NCBI RefSeq assembly: GCF_009914755.1
Contig: NC_060925.1
DNA length: 64,000 nt
Source: the human T2T-CHM13v2.0 reference genome, Homo sapiens
Direction: 5' to 3' (one strand)
The translations under genes were made by a program, and so were the position numbers. The notes below the pieces were generated by a model. The model was not told where the DNA came from. It worked only from the letters and a program-made list of their open reading frames with translations, and searched no databases. Within the stretch, counting starts at the first letter, position 1. Each line of letters begins with the position of its first letter. Positions 13,176-29,581 of the stretch are shown piece by piece.

Positions 13176-14869
13176 TAAATCTTCCTCCTAAGCAATCCCC
13201 TTGCATCAGACATTCTTTCAATTTCACCTTCCTAAAGAAATTTCACCCAGATGCTGCCTGTAGTCTCACATTAGGAGGTCCCTTCACCATTGTCCTGGTG
13301 AGTCCCTGCACTCCTAAATCGAATAGAATGTTAACTATACCTCATGTCTCTTTCACTGATTACTTTTGATGAGGACATCCTTTAGCAGTTTCTTGACAAA
13401 CAGTATTTGAAATCTTGGAGGTCTGCCAATGTCTTTTTTCTGTCCTCGAACTTGGTTGATAGTTTGGCTAGATATAGGATTCAAGGTTAAAAACCATTTT
13501 CTTCCATCTCTTATCTTTCTGACCTCCTTTCTGGAAGATTTCTTATTTAACTTCTAAATGTTTTATGGAGTTTTTATTTCCTTTATTGTATTTTATTTTT
13601 TTGCTTTTTTTCTTTTTATAAATGAATAAATTGCTCACACTCAGGTCTTTTTAATTTTTAAAGAGCTCCTATTGTTCTCAGTCTTTTTTATAGTATGCTA
13701 TTATTGTATTATTGCTACAATATCTTATGTTTATAATAAGTTTTTTAAATTATAATGGAAATTTTTAAACATTCACAAGAGGAGAGAAAAAGGTTAATGA
13801 ACCCCCATGTACTATTAGGAATTCTAGAAGCAGACCTTGCCCTGTATAGTCTGGTCCTCCATGTCACCTTCTTGTGTTTGCTTTAGTCTTTATCTTTCAA
13901 GAGTTCAGGTCCATTAGATTACTAGTTATCTGACATTCTTTGTTGTTCCATCACATTTACAGATGTGGGACTGAATGGCTGATTGAAAGCTCTCAGCTTA
14001 CAAGTGGAGTCTGTTGCCTGTTACCCTCACTGAGGATTATCTCGGCTGGGCCATTAAAATTGGTCTCTTCTCTTAAACTCATCCCCTTCCCCAAAGAAAC
14101 ATCCTCTGATTTCCTGCTTAGAGAGTGAAGGCCCGATTGCTAGCTTTCCGGTAGCCAGTGAGATAAGAGGGCTGGGAATCTTAGCACTCAGCACACTGAC
14201 ATCACTTCACCATGCTGTTTTAATTATGAGACCTCTGCCTCAGTTGTATCTGTTGTTCCTCAGTCCACAGAGCCCCTATTTCCCTCTCCAGAGTAAGCCT
14301 CCAATGTTTGCCAGGGTAGGGAAAAGTAATTACCCAGCTGTGGGATATAGGGTAGGGGCTGCGGGATCTGCATTCTTCTTAGATTTCAACCAGTCTTCCC
14401 AAGTTTAGTAATGCTTTCAACCTCATTTCCACAGGTGCTGATGCTGCCAGACTTTTGGAAGTTCTATGGTATAAGGTTGGCTCCTGGCTTTCCCACAGCT
14501 GGCTTGGGGTTCTGTTATGTTATTTACTGCTCGTTCTTTTTTCCAACTTCCCAACTTTTGCCGCCATTGTCTTTCAGGCTGTTTTCCTCATCCTTGTGGG
14601 TTTACACCTTTAAAAACCCATTTAGTGTTATTTTATGGGGGTTTTAGGAGAGCAGGAAGTAAACATAAGTCCAATCTACTATGTCTTTTGAAAAGTTCAC
14701 CTGTTATTTCTGAAAGATCTAAGATGATTTGCTATCTTTGGCCAGGGCCTACCACTTATCATTCTTAAAGGGGCCTCCATTGCTATTTTGGGTTTAGGCA
14801 AAATGAGTGTTAGTTCCTTACTAGGGATTTGAAAATTATAATGATGCATACCATTATAAAAACATCTTA

Positions 14870-15566
<697 letters not shown>

Positions 15567-15760
15567 TCAGAAAAGAATATTACTTATGAATTACATTATA
15601 ATGATACCTCTTTCTCTTGTTATTTAAACATTTAAATATCAGATTGGGGGAGTATTTTAAAACCCAAATTTAAGTGCGAGTAGACAGAAAAAAAATAGAG
15701 GAAAGAAGGAAGGAGTGTGGCATGAAAAATCTATTAAAAACCAATTTGAAAATCACACAG

Positions 15761-15848
15761 GGCTGGGCATGGTGTCTCACACCTGTAATCCCAGTACTTT
15801 GGGAGACTGAGGTGCAAGACTCCATCTCAAAAAAGAAAAAAAAAAAAA
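15761..15848 (+). mobile_element. Internally deleted Alu
   Basis: First ~53 nt of Alu joined to the last ~15 nt plus A-tail. Confidence 0.85.
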
Positions 15849-16106
15849 GAACTCACATGCTTTTGATTAAAATTTTACTTTCAAAAATTTGAAAGGATGA
15901 AAGATAACCAAAATAGAGTCTTATTTACACAGAAAATAACTCTCCCATTCTTAATAATCTTCTATCTCCCAAAATACAATACTACATTGCTCTACAGCAG
16001 TAATATAAAAGCGTTTTGGTTGATGAAATATTTTAATGGAGTGGGAGATCCTAAGGTCCAGAAACTTCAAGTTTCAGCTTGCTGCTGTAAAATCCCCTAT
16101 TATCTG

Positions 16107-16414
<308 letters not shown>

Positions 16415-16484
16415 TTATTATTACAACTTGAATTTACCATTGTTCTGAATAAGCTAACAACAGAAAGATGAATTAAAGAATGTC

Positions 16485-16766
16485 TTTTTTTTTGTCTCAC
16501 TCTGTCACTCAGGCTGGAGCGTAGTGGCATGATCACAGCTCACAGCAGCCTTGACTTCCCAGGCTCAAGTGATCCTCCCACCTCAGCCTGAGTAGCTGGG
16601 ACCACAGGTGCGCATCATCATGCCCAGCTAATTTTTTTGTTGTTGTGTTTTGTAGAGACGGGGTTTCCCCATATTGCCCAGGCTGGTCTCGAACTCCTGG
16701 GCTCAAGAGATACACCCTCTTCGGTCTCCCAAAGTGGTGGAATTGAGTGAGCCACTGTGCTCAGTC
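16485..16766 (-). mobile_element. AluJ-like
   Basis: Reverse-complement Alu dimer. Confidence 0.9.
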
Positions 16767-17114
16767 AACTTTTAAAAAAAGAAAAAATATTGGAAATGCT
16801 GATGCCACATAAAATCATCCTATAGGTTAGCATTCGTAGCCCTTTTAACACCTTTACTCCTAAGTAATTTAAAGATCTCTTTCAAACTAAACATTTTTCC
16901 TCTGCATTCTCCAGCTCAGGTTCTGATATGCCTCACTGAGTGAGTGAGTGGGACTCCCTGGCTGAGATTCCCTTCTACAACAGTGTTTGCTTTGTTTTTT
17001 TTTTTTTCTCTCTTTTTTTTTTTTTCCACACATGGAGAGTCTTTGCTTTTTGGGCACAATTAAAATAATCCCAGAAGACAGTGTGGCCTAGTGATTAAGC
17101 ACACAAACTATCAC

Positions 17115-17404
17115 GCCAGGTGCGGTGGCTCACACCTGTAATCCCAGGACTTTGGGAGGCTGAGGTGGGCAGATCACGAGGTCAGGAGCTCGAGACCAGC
17201 CTGGCCAACATGGTGAAACCTCGTCTCTACTAAAAATACAAAAATTAGCCAGATGTGGTGGCAGGTGCCTGTAATCCTAGCTACTCGGGAGGCTGAGGCA
17301 GAATAGCTTGAAACTGGAAGGCGGAGGTTGCAGTGAGCCGAGATCGTACCACTGTACTCCAGCCTGGGCAACAAGAGTAAAATTCTGTCTCAAAAAAAAA
17401 AAAA
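17115..17404 (+). mobile_element. AluS inserted in a MIR (about 17078-17620)
   Basis: Alu dimer; flanks carry the MIR core (ggttgaatcctgactctaccact...gtgaccttggg). Confidence 0.9.
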
Positions 17405-18557
17405 GCTATTGGGCAGACTGCCTGGGGTTGAATCCTGACTCTACCACTTGCCAGTTGCGTGACCTTGGGAAAATTGTTTAACTGCTGTATGACTTACTTC
17501 CCTTGTGTTTAAGATGGGGCTAATCATATTACTTACCTTACAAAGTTGCTAAATATGTAAAGTGCTTACATATATACATATATTTGGCATATGGTAAACA
17601 CTCATACAAATGCTAGTATTGGTTGTGCTGATTAAGTGCCAGATCATTTAAGGCCAGCATTATTGTGCTTCCAGGTTTTTTGGGTTCAGCAATAGTTGTA
17701 GTGACTGCACTGGATCTGCAGGTGTCATGGGTTTAGCATTCCATGACTATTTTCATATAGTCAGATAATAAAGTCAATACCAAGAATTTAAAAGATGAAG
17801 TCTTGACAGAGATTCTGAAGACGCTGTTAATATCAATATTGATGTAATCAGAGGAACAGAGACAAGGAGATAAAATTTCAAATGAAGAGTCTCTGCCTAA
17901 TTAAACAAGTTTAACTTTCCATCTCTTCAAAGGGTAACTTCCATCTTTTGAATTGTAAGAAATGCTCATGTTAGAAAAGATGTCTCAATAATTTTATTGC
18001 CTCCTCTTTGTGCCCCCTACATTTTAACCAAAAATTCCTATGGTGGGAAAGTTATAGGATATAGAAGATCCTAAGTTTGCTTTGATAGGCTACTTCGCTT
18101 GCAGTATATATGAAATTCTACAGAATTCAGCCACCAGGCAAACATGTTTCCATGGAAAAATGTTCTGTGTTCACCATATAATGCTAGGCTTACATCTCCT
18201 CACCCTGCTGTATCTTGGCTCCTTGGCTGCAAAAGGCCAAACTCCTGCCATCATGTCCATTTGAAGTGGATTTGAAAAGATGATTTAAAAATAGTTTCAT
18301 AAAGTGCCTTTTCCTAACTTCTTTTCTAAGAAGTTTCCAGGTATCTGGTTATATGAAATAGCCATTTACATATAAGGGTTAGGCTCAATTTGAGTCAGTG
18401 AATGATTGAATGTCTGTACCTACCAAGGAACCTTACAATTTTAATTTGCAGGTAAAAGACAAATTAATGCAAATAGTGACAATTTTGTTTTTACCTTTCC
18501 TATGTTAACACTTTTATTTTTCTTGTCATATTGCTCTGGTAAGAACCTCTAGTACAG

Positions 18558-18901
<344 letters not shown>

Positions 18902-20314
18902 TCATTCTTAATCTTTCAGGGATAAATATTCAACCAATTAAGTATATTATTTGCTGTAAAATTTTTTATAGATACCATTAATCAGATTAGCCTTAATAGA
19001 AGAAATTCCCTTCTATTTCCAATTTGCTAAGAGTGTTTTCTTTTTTATCATCAATGAGTTGCATTTTATTAAGAATTTTTTTATCGATTGAAATGGGTAT
19101 GTAATTTTCCCCTATATTTTGTTAATATGAACTACTTTGATTGATTTGAATTTTAAACCAACCTTTCAATCCTAGGATGTATGCTGTCACTATATAACAT
19201 TACATATTTTAATATATATTGCTGGGTTTTATCTTGCATCTATAACCATGTAAGAGGTCTGCCTGTAAATTTTCCTTTCTTATAACATCTTTAGTTCAGG
19301 TTTTGGTGTCAATGTTATGCTATCCCGATAAAACAAGCTTAGGAAGTATCCTTTCTTCTTCTATGCTCTGGAAGAGTTGTGTTTAATGTCCTTTTACTAT
19401 TTTGTTTTGGTTTTTTTAGAGACGGGGTCTTGCTGTTGTTGCCCAGGCTGGTTTCAAAGGATTCTCCTGCCACAGTCTCCTGAGCAGCTGGGAATACAGG
19501 TGCACATATACCATACCCAGCTCCTCTTTTTAGTAACTATAAGATTTGTAGTGATATCCCCCTTTTCATTCTTGATATTGGTAATGTAGTTAACAGTGTT
19601 TTCAAAGAAATGAAATTTTCTGGTATTGCTATTTCTACCATATGTTTCCTATTTCAACAAATTCTCCTTCATTTTTCCCGCTTTCTACTGTAATTGGATT
19701 TAATTTGCTTTTCTTTTTCTTATTGAGATAAATATTTAGATTACTGATTTTTAGCTTTCTTACTTTCTATAATATTAGCATTCTAAGGCTATAAATCCTT
19801 CCTATGCATAGATTAAGCTACATCTCACAACTTTTGATAGATAATATTTTCATTATCATTCTGCAAACAATATTTTTGAATTTTCATTGTAATCTCTTAA
19901 TACACAGTAAACATTAAATTCCTCTTATGCTCTACTGATAAACAGTTTCTCATCTTTTGTTATTAGAAACAATGTGGCAACAAATAGCATTATACAAATG
20001 TTCATTCATATGTAAGTTTATAGGATAAATTTCCAGAAGTGAAATTGCTGTGTCAAAAGCTAAATGTAGTAGTAATTTTGAAAGATATTGCTATATTATC
20101 TTTATAAAGATTGTACCAATTTATATTTTCATTAGCAACTTGTGAGACTGATTCTTACTGAAAGATTTTTAAATTGGAGAATTACCAAGTCAGAAGGTTC
20201 TCACTTAGGTATAGAGGATGGCTAGTAGTGTTTCTTAACTAACTGGGCTATGCCTGACTGGGGACATATTCGTGGAAATCCATCCATGAAGTCTCTTTAA
20301 GAATAGAGATATCG

Positions 20315-20632
<318 letters not shown>

Positions 20633-21429
20633 TCATTTCAACATTAATCTTCATTAATAAAAACATTCTGAATCATAAGATAAGTATCTATAATTAAGTA
20701 CTACCATTGGAATTTGGTGCCTATATTTATAATAATTTTGGTACAAAGCAGTACTAAAAAGTAAAGGTCCAGAAAAGTAAATGGGTGCATACTTAAAAGC
20801 AAACTCTATTTTCTCACCTCTTAAAATTGATGACCTCTGAACTATGTATGTATGGGGCAGACTCCGAGCAGAATAAAGCTCCGCAATTCTTAGCTAATAC
20901 ATTACAGTTCTAGACAGAAGGGTGCTCGGAGCAACATAGGAACTATTAACTATTCAGGAAATCTAATTGTTTCTTTCTCTTTCCTCCAATTTAAATGTCC
21001 TTAAATGTTTGGATATTTAGGAAGGTCAATTAACTTCACCTTGATATTAGAGGCATGTCTTAAAATTTAAAAATCAGATTTTTCTTAAGTGAAAGGTATT
21101 ACAAATTACTGAGTTTTTACTTTTAGATAATTTAATATGGTCTTAACACATTTTTGCAGCCTATGTAGCGCTTTTTTAACTATTCACCTTTACCATCCTG
21201 AGTAGCAGCCAAATACTTGAATTACTTTTTGACTCCTAAAACTATTCTATTTCTGCTTTGTTGACACTCACTGCTTAGTATAAAAGGCTTATGCATGCCA
21301 CCACTTGCAGGAATCCTCTCACCAAGGGAAAGGATTATCTAGCTTTTCTTTAAAAAACAAAATAAATTTATCCCAAGCAAATGTCTGCCAATCTATTATC
21401 ACTCAGCCAATTCTGGTAGTCTTGGCACC

Positions 21430-21825
21430 CTTCTCATTAAAAACCCATGTCAGACCTGTCATCATATATCATTCTCTTCATGACAAGTATTGGGGTGTAG
21501 CAATGGGCTCATAACCAATTAGGGCCATGGAGATGATAATGAAAGTTCTGTGGGGCTTTAGGGAAAAGTTAAAGAGGGATTACAAGAAAAAAAAATCTAT
21601 TTTTTCTCTTGTCTTTATCTTCATGGAAGTGTGAGGTCTTACATTTCCTCAGAGCTACTGGCTGAGGATGAAACCAACACAGAGGAAAGCAGAACTGGGA
21701 GAAACAGAGCTTGAATCACCAGATTAAGTACATCATCCTGTTCTATTTTCAATGTCCAATTATGTGAGCTAATAAATTCCCTTATTGTGAAAGTCTGTTT
21801 GAATTGGACTTTGAGTTACTTAGAG
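21430..21825 (+). mobile_element. MLT1 (J/K-like) LTR fragment
   Basis: gatgaaaccaacacagaggaaagcaga and tatgtgagctaataaattccctt motifs. Confidence 0.6.
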
Positions 21826-23293
21826 ATACAAATAGTTAGCTTGGCTTTTAAGGTATACCAAAATCTGAACTCAACTTTCCAACCATATTTCCCAGAACTT
21901 CAATTTATGTATGCATATTACAGACAACTTATTGTTTCTAACACGTGTGCTATACTTCCATAGTTCTGTGTGTTTGTTCATAGTTACTACTGCACAAAAT
22001 GCCCACCCATCTACCAGTCCCATCTCTAGCTACCTAAATTCTATCCACCATCTTCTAAATCCTAAAATAAATAAAGCTTCCATAAAGTTTCCTCTGGTCT
22101 AAGAAGGCCATAGTCCCAGTGGTTAGCACAGAATAGGTACTCTTTGTAAGACAGATAAAAACTTGTTGACTCACATCAGATAATACTTGCAGTATGTAAT
22201 TACTTTATAAGATTAATTTAGCTTCTGTTAATATAAAATTAGGTCTAATCAACTTAAGGATAACTTAGCAAGGGCCACAGGGCTAAAAGAGATCTCAAAA
22301 TAGTATCTAAAATATCTTTATAAGGAGAAAATTGACATTAAAAATAAAGCTGAATTAAAGCTGAATTAAACAGAAGAACATTAAAAATAAGGCTGAATTA
22401 AACCGAGGAAGTTTGGGTTTACCAGTTGAATTCACAAAAGAATGCTGGTGAAGTATCTATTGCTTCAATGGGGTTGAACACGGGGACGGGGCTATGTGTT
22501 GAAAGACAACCTCTTCTACCATCTGCCCAGAATAGCTGGGATATTCTCTTCTCTTAGGAGACAGCCAGGAGGGCAGAACAAATGCTCCCTCAAGAGCAAT
22601 CTACTTCTATTACTCTGATTGGTCACCATAGGATTAAAATATTAAAATGACTAATCCCCTAATATGGCAAAGGATTAAATACATTGAATACCAGTCCTCT
22701 TGAAATCAAATCAGAGGAGTGCTTGTGGGATTTAAATAAGTAAATACATATACACCAGAAATAAACCTTTACAATACCAATAGCTACCCAAATGAAAAAC
22801 TAGCTCCTAATTTTCAAGAAATGAACATTCTTATTATCAGTAATTCAGAATGTGCTCTTAAATAGAGAATATACTACCAAAATCCATAGTCAGATTTAAA
22901 AGCACTAGATGAAATTACACTTTCAAAAAAAATGTAAAATAATACTTAGCAGCTGGCACCCCCTATACTGGAGTTGGAGCATTTGAATTTTTACATCAAG
23001 ACTCCAAAATGTGAGCTGACAAACAACATGGCTAAACCCTCAATTCAATTATGTCAAGATTGTGTAAGGAACTAAGCACCGAAGAAGATTCTGAAATAAA
23101 CAATTCCTGCTTTCAAATAGCTAATCATCTAGCTGAGGGAAAAGAAAAGTAACAACCAGAATATGATAAATATTGTGTGAGGATTTTAGAGAACTACTGC
23201 GTGAGTTTAAATGAGGGAATGTGTGTATCTACTTATGGCATGGGACATATAAAAGAGATATCACTTGAATTTGGCCTAAAAAAGTAAGAAGAA

Positions 23294-23703
23294 TGCTATG
23301 GTTTGAATGTGTTTGTCTCTGAAACTCAAGTTCAAACTTAATCTCCAATGTCAGTATTAAGAGGTGAGGCCTTTAAAAGGTGATTTGGTCATGAGTGTTC
23401 TGCTTTCATGAATAGATTAATCCATTCAAGGATTAATGGATTAATGAGTTATCAATGGAGTAGGTTAGTTATCACAAGAGTGAGTCTGTTCTAAAAGCCA
23501 CTTTGGCTCTCAGCGCTTCTCTCTCACCCTGTGATGCCTTCTGCCATGTTATGAAGCAGCACAAGGCTCTCACCAGAAGCCAACTAGATGCAGCCACCTG
23601 ATCCCAAGATCAGCCTCCACAACTGTGAGAAAGAAACTTACATTCTTTATAAATTACATAGTCTCAGATATTTTATTACAGCAATAGAAAATTAACTTAG
23701 ATA
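23294..23703 (+). mobile_element. MST (MaLR) solo LTR
   Basis: TGCTATGGTTTGAATGT start, ggattaatggattaatg motif, ttctttataaattac...ttacagcaatagaaaa end. Confidence 0.82.
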
Positions 23704-24004
23704 TAGGATTTTTTTTACTTTGTTAAGTAACATACGTATATAATTTCTAAAAGTCAAAGCATACCACAGGGTAGACAACAAAAAATGATGGCCCTATACT
23801 TTCCTCCCTCAGACACCTGTTTCTCAGATACAACCCCTCTGTTTCTTTTGCTATTTCCATATAGATTATAAATGTTTTAATAGCACTATTTCCAGATTAT
23901 CCTATTTAAAATTTATTTGTTGGTTTCCTACTACGGCAGGTAAGAATTTGACTATCTTAAACCATTGTCCTCTTCTCCTTCAGCTTCCTCCTTCTCCTCT
24001 CCTA

Positions 24005-24325
<321 letters not shown>

Positions 24326-25911
24326 TCCTTCTCAGTGCCAACTGTCTTTTGTAACTGTGTCTATGATTATACCTATTAGTTTGTGCTCTATTTATTTTCT
24401 CATGTGCCTGTTTTGTCTAACAGACTGCGCTATTCTCAGCTTTGCACCCAGTGTATAAATCAGTGCCTAGTCCTTAGTAGGAACTCAGGTTTGCTGAACA
24501 GAATTAAATTACAGTAATCTGTGAGCACAAAACTTTATGTGGTGTCATCTGTAGACAATCATCAATGTTCATGGACACTACCAGGGTTAGTGTGGCAACA
24601 ATAACTCAGAAATCCAGAAACTACTTGTTACAAAAAATAGATTTATGGACAAAAACAGAAACTGTCAAATTTAACGTATCAGAATATCTCCCAGCATTCA
24701 ATTCCCAGAAGTTTTACTTTAAGCCATTATCCTGAGCTAAGCTGTTAGGCCTAACAACATACTAAAATGTAATATTTATAGCTTCCCCCTGGAACTATTA
24801 GAACAGTTTAAAAAAGAAATCACTCAGTTATCTGAAAATAAATTTCAGAAACTCAAATATAAACTTTTACCTACTTTAATACAGGAAATAAACCAAGGCA
24901 GGTATTTCCAAAGACTATACAGGTAGCAAACCTAGGGACATACCAGCAGATACTTTTGAGTGACTTTAAAGTTTGTGTAGATAGGAAGATGGCAAATACT
25001 TAGCACCTAGGCCACTGCTTCCCCTTCTCAGTCAAGGATAACTGAGCCCTCCTCTTGAGCCTTGTTCCTTGCAACAGTCAAGAGCCCTCAAAATGCCATT
25101 TGGAGATACAAACAATGAGATGGCATTTTTAGAACTGGAATTTATTATATCTTTATTAATTTTATATCCTTTGAGACACACAGTAAGATGCTTAACAAAT
25201 GCTTGCTGATTGAGCAGAAGTGAACTCTCCGGTAAGCAAAATCTGACATTGGTTTCTCTGCTTAAGAGAATCACTATTACACTTTCCATGTGTCTAACGA
25301 TGTTTTTAAACTTTTTATTTTGAAATAATTTCAGACTCAAAGAAAAGTTGTAAAAATAGTATAAAAATTCTCATATGCTTCACCCAGATTCCCCAAATGT
25401 TAATATTTCTCACATTTGCTTTACTTTGTCATTCTCTCTATCCATATCTATTTTTTCTGTCATTTTTTTCACTCAAATTTTGAGAATAAGTTAAATGAAA
25501 AGGTTAGACAAAAAGATCTAGGTAGTCCTTCCATTTCTCAGATTCAATGACTAAGTAAAAAATAAACAGCAATTATCAGTGAGAATTATGTTTAACCATT
25601 GTCCAATTAAAATTAAAACCCTAGGAATTTTTGTATTTGGGGGCATAATATTTCCAACAAAACTATATTAGAAAATAAGAGGTATTTTTGGAATAACAAT
25701 GGCACTTTGCTAGACCTTAAGAAGACCTAAAAGTGAAAAAGACATGGTAAACCCCCAAAGAGTCAAGGAGGTGGGGAGAGAATTCTTTATTTCCAATGCT
25801 TATTTCCAGTTACTTACCAAATTATAATATTTTCAAGATCATATTATATCCACATTCATCTATTGATAATAACCCAGTAAATTAGCTTTGTCTGTTATTA
25901 TTTTAGTTCTA

Positions 25912-27052
25912 TGTGTATAGGTTAATTTTTCATATCTGGGCTAAGTCTAGACTGGGCTAAGGGATGCCCAGATAGCTGGTAAAACATTATTTCTAAGTGT
26001 GTCTGTGTGTGTGTTTCTGGAAGAAAATAGCATCTGAATTGATGAATTGAGTAAAGTGGACACTCCCTTCCCCCGCAATGTGGGAAGGCAACATTTAATC
26101 CATTGAGGGCCCAAGGAGAACAAAAAGGTAGAGGAAGGGCAAATTTACTCTCTCTGCTTGAGCTGGGCCATACATCTTCTCCTCCCCTTCAACATCAGTG
26201 CTCCTGGTTCCTGGGCTTTCAGACTGAGACTGGGACTTACACAGTTAGTACCCCAATTCTCAAGGCCTTTCGACTTGGACCAGGACTTACACCATCAGCT
26301 CCCCAGTTCTTCGGCTTTCAGACTTAGACTAGAACTGACAACGTTGGCTCCCTTGGTTCTCAGTCCTTCAGGCTTGGACCGGAACGACACCACTGGCTTT
26401 CCCAGGCCTCCAGCTTACAGACAGCAGACTGTGGGACTTCTCAGCAGCCATAATCACATGAGCCAATTTCTCATAATAAATCTCTTTCTACATATCTTTA
26501 TACAGATGATCCTTGACTTACAACGGGGTTACATTGTGATAAACCCATTGTAAGTCGAAAATGCATTTAATACACCTAACCTACTGAACATCATAGCTTA
26601 ACCTAGCATACCTTAAATGTGCTGAGAACATTTACATTAAACTACAGTTGGGCAATCATCTAACACAAAGCCTATTCTATAATAAAGTGTTTAATACTGC
26701 ACACAGATGGGCATTTTGTAGAGATGATGGGATGTGAAAACAAAAAACACAATATCCAAAAAGTACTGGCAACACAGTACACTGTGGAGTATTGGTTGTT
26801 TACCCTCATGATCATGTGGCTGACTGGGAGCTGCAGCTCACTGCCACTGCCCAGTATCTCCAGAGAGTAGTGTACCGCATATCACTAGCCTGGGAAAAGA
26901 TCAAAATTCAAGATTCAAATTGTGGTATCTACTGAACGTCTATTACTTTCACACCATCATAAAGTCAAAAAATCATGAAGTTAACTACCTTAAGTCAGGG
27001 ACCATCTATATGTCCTATTGATTCTGTTTCTCTGGAGAACCCTGACTTATTA
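25912..27052 (+). mobile_element. MLT2B-like ERVL LTR, interrupted
   Basis: gactgggctaagggatgcccagatagctggtaaaacattattt start; cctattgattctgtttctctggagaaccctgact end. Confidence 0.85.
26503..27008. mobile_element. Tigger5/MER47-type DNA transposon
   Basis: TIRs CAGATGATCCTTGACTTA ... TAAGTCAGGGACCATCT; TA target duplication; nested in the MLT2B. Confidence 0.82.
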
Positions 27053-27258
27053 TGGTAACATAAAAAATTTCTTTCATGTATACTTTTTCTAAATATCTGA
27101 AATTAGGCATATCTTCCAATTAGAGAATAGAAATTTTACCTTATTTGTAAGGATGATTCACCTGATTCTTCAACATCATTACAGAAACACAGAATTTGAT
27201 TCACAATATAGCTAAACCTCAATTAAGACCACTTATTTCATGTCTCCATCCTGAATGA

Positions 27259-27585
<327 letters not shown>

Positions 27586-28949
27586 TAGTTTTTTTTGAAG
27601 CAAAGGGGGAAAACCTGCTGGTGTGGAAAATAAAAACTTTTAGGCAGTGAACATTTAATAACAACAGTGAAGCAGAACTAAAAACTTGTTTAAAGTTAAT
27701 ATGTAATTTTCCATTTTCCAACTGGTAGCTCTGAACAGTGACTGATGGCGAAAAACATACAGACTTCTCTAGGGAAGAGCAGGATATGGAGGCAAAGCAA
27801 TAAAAAACAAGTGATGATAAGAAAAGCAGAAAAGAAGAAGAAAATTATTAGATAGCTGAAGTAGAGATGAAATTATCAATAATTATAAGCAATGATAGAG
27901 AAAAGTCCTAGCATAAGAAAAACTAAAGATAGGACACTGTTTCCTTCTACTGGGGAAAAAATGAAACTATTAGCTCAAAAATCCTTAAAGGCAATATTAT
28001 CATTAGGTGAGTAATTTTGGGGCTGGGGCTGAGGGTGGCAAAGACCTGAACATATATCATTACTGTACCCGAGGGTGTATACCTTAGAGTTACTCTCAGT
28101 TATTACAAAAAGTTGACCTAAAAGTTGGTCCCCAATATGTTGAATAACTGATTTTTACTATATTAATTTTATTTTACTTTGTTCTAACTTTTATGTCAAA
28201 AAAGAATTATGTAAATTAAAATCTCTTAAAGCTCAGTTTTAAATTATGGATAAAACACTAGAATATGAAAATCTAGACTATGTAATTTGAGTATTTCAAT
28301 ATCCTTGATTTAAAAGGGAAAAACCTATTTAGTATCTTATTAAATGGTATGCATTTGAAATGTGAGCTTATTAAATTTTTATACCTACCAGATGAAAATG
28401 CTTTTGTTGCAATTATTCAAATAGTTATTAAACCAAAATCCTAAATTCTGTGGGCAATTTCTTTTTTGAATTAGTTATTTTTAATTGAAGAATACATGCA
28501 TATTGTAAAAAACACTCAAATAGTACAATGAAAAGTACGAGTCCCTCCCCAGAGGCACCCACTGTCAACAGTTGAGCTCTAACCACATGGCAGCCACTAT
28601 GCTGCCTGCTCTTTTTTTGTGGGGCAGGGAAAGGAACAACATTTATCGTTTAGACTTTTGTTTGAAGTGCTGCCTGCCAAATGTCCAATTAAATTATAGC
28701 CAGTGCATTATTACATTGATTTTAAGATGTCTCCCAATTTCAGAGACGTTAATATGTGTCAAAACACATATCTCTATCGTGTGGTTTTCAGAGCTTAATT
28801 CTGGTATCTATGGTGTGACATTATCTCTATGAAATGAGCTTTGAATACCATTTTTATAATGCTCAAATACAAGAAATATCATTAGAAAATCATCCCAAAT
28901 CCTCTTAAGCATATTAGACTGAGGGGAACAACTGCAATTTGAAGTAGGG

Positions 28950-29581
28950 TGGTAAGAGGACATTTGAGCAGGCCTGAAGGCAGTGATGGCGATTTTCATA
29001 CAGATTTCCAAGGGAAGACTTCTCGTGGAGGAGGAAACAGTCAGTAGGAACATGAAGTAGGAATACGTTTGGGATGTTCAGTAACAGCAAGAAAGCCAGT
29101 ATAGACACAGGGGAATGACTAAGGAGTAGAAGGAAGAGGTCAAATAAGGCCTTAGATACCACTGTAAGACTTCAGGGGTTTTTAGATGGGAAGCCATGAT
29201 GGAATTCTGAGCCTAGCACAGACACAATTTGACTTTTAAAAGGAGCACTCTGGATACTATGTTGGAATTCTCCAGCGGACAAAGGTAAAAATAGGATGAC
29301 ACACTAGGAGCTTATGTAGTAATCTAGGAGCAGGGTAGAGGTGATAGTGGCTAGGACCAGGATGAAAAGAAGTGGTCAGGGGATATGTATTTAAATTTAG
29401 AAGCAAAAAGATTTCCTGACTGAGTGGATGTGGAATATGAGAGAAAAAGAGGAGCCATGGACGACCCCAAGGCTTCTGATCTAAGTGACAGGAAGGATGG
29501 AGGCTGCTATCAATAATGAGATGGTAAAGGCTATGAAGGAGTATATATTTTTAGGAAAATCCACAGTTCAGTTTGAGAGAG
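28950..29581 (-). mobile_element. L2 fragment
   Basis: gggaagccatg...tttaaaagg...ggatgtggaatatgagagaaaaagagg purine-rich antisense L2 pattern. Confidence 0.65.

Noticed and set aside
17531-17540. Perfect donor AAG|GTAAGT in an antisense MIR
   Set aside because: No convincing upstream acceptor at exon distance.
17640-18365. Possible processed pseudogene in a non-repeat-looking tract
   Set aside because: The frames I translated are stop-interrupted, and I recognise no protein, poly(A) tail or TSD. BLASTX would settle it.
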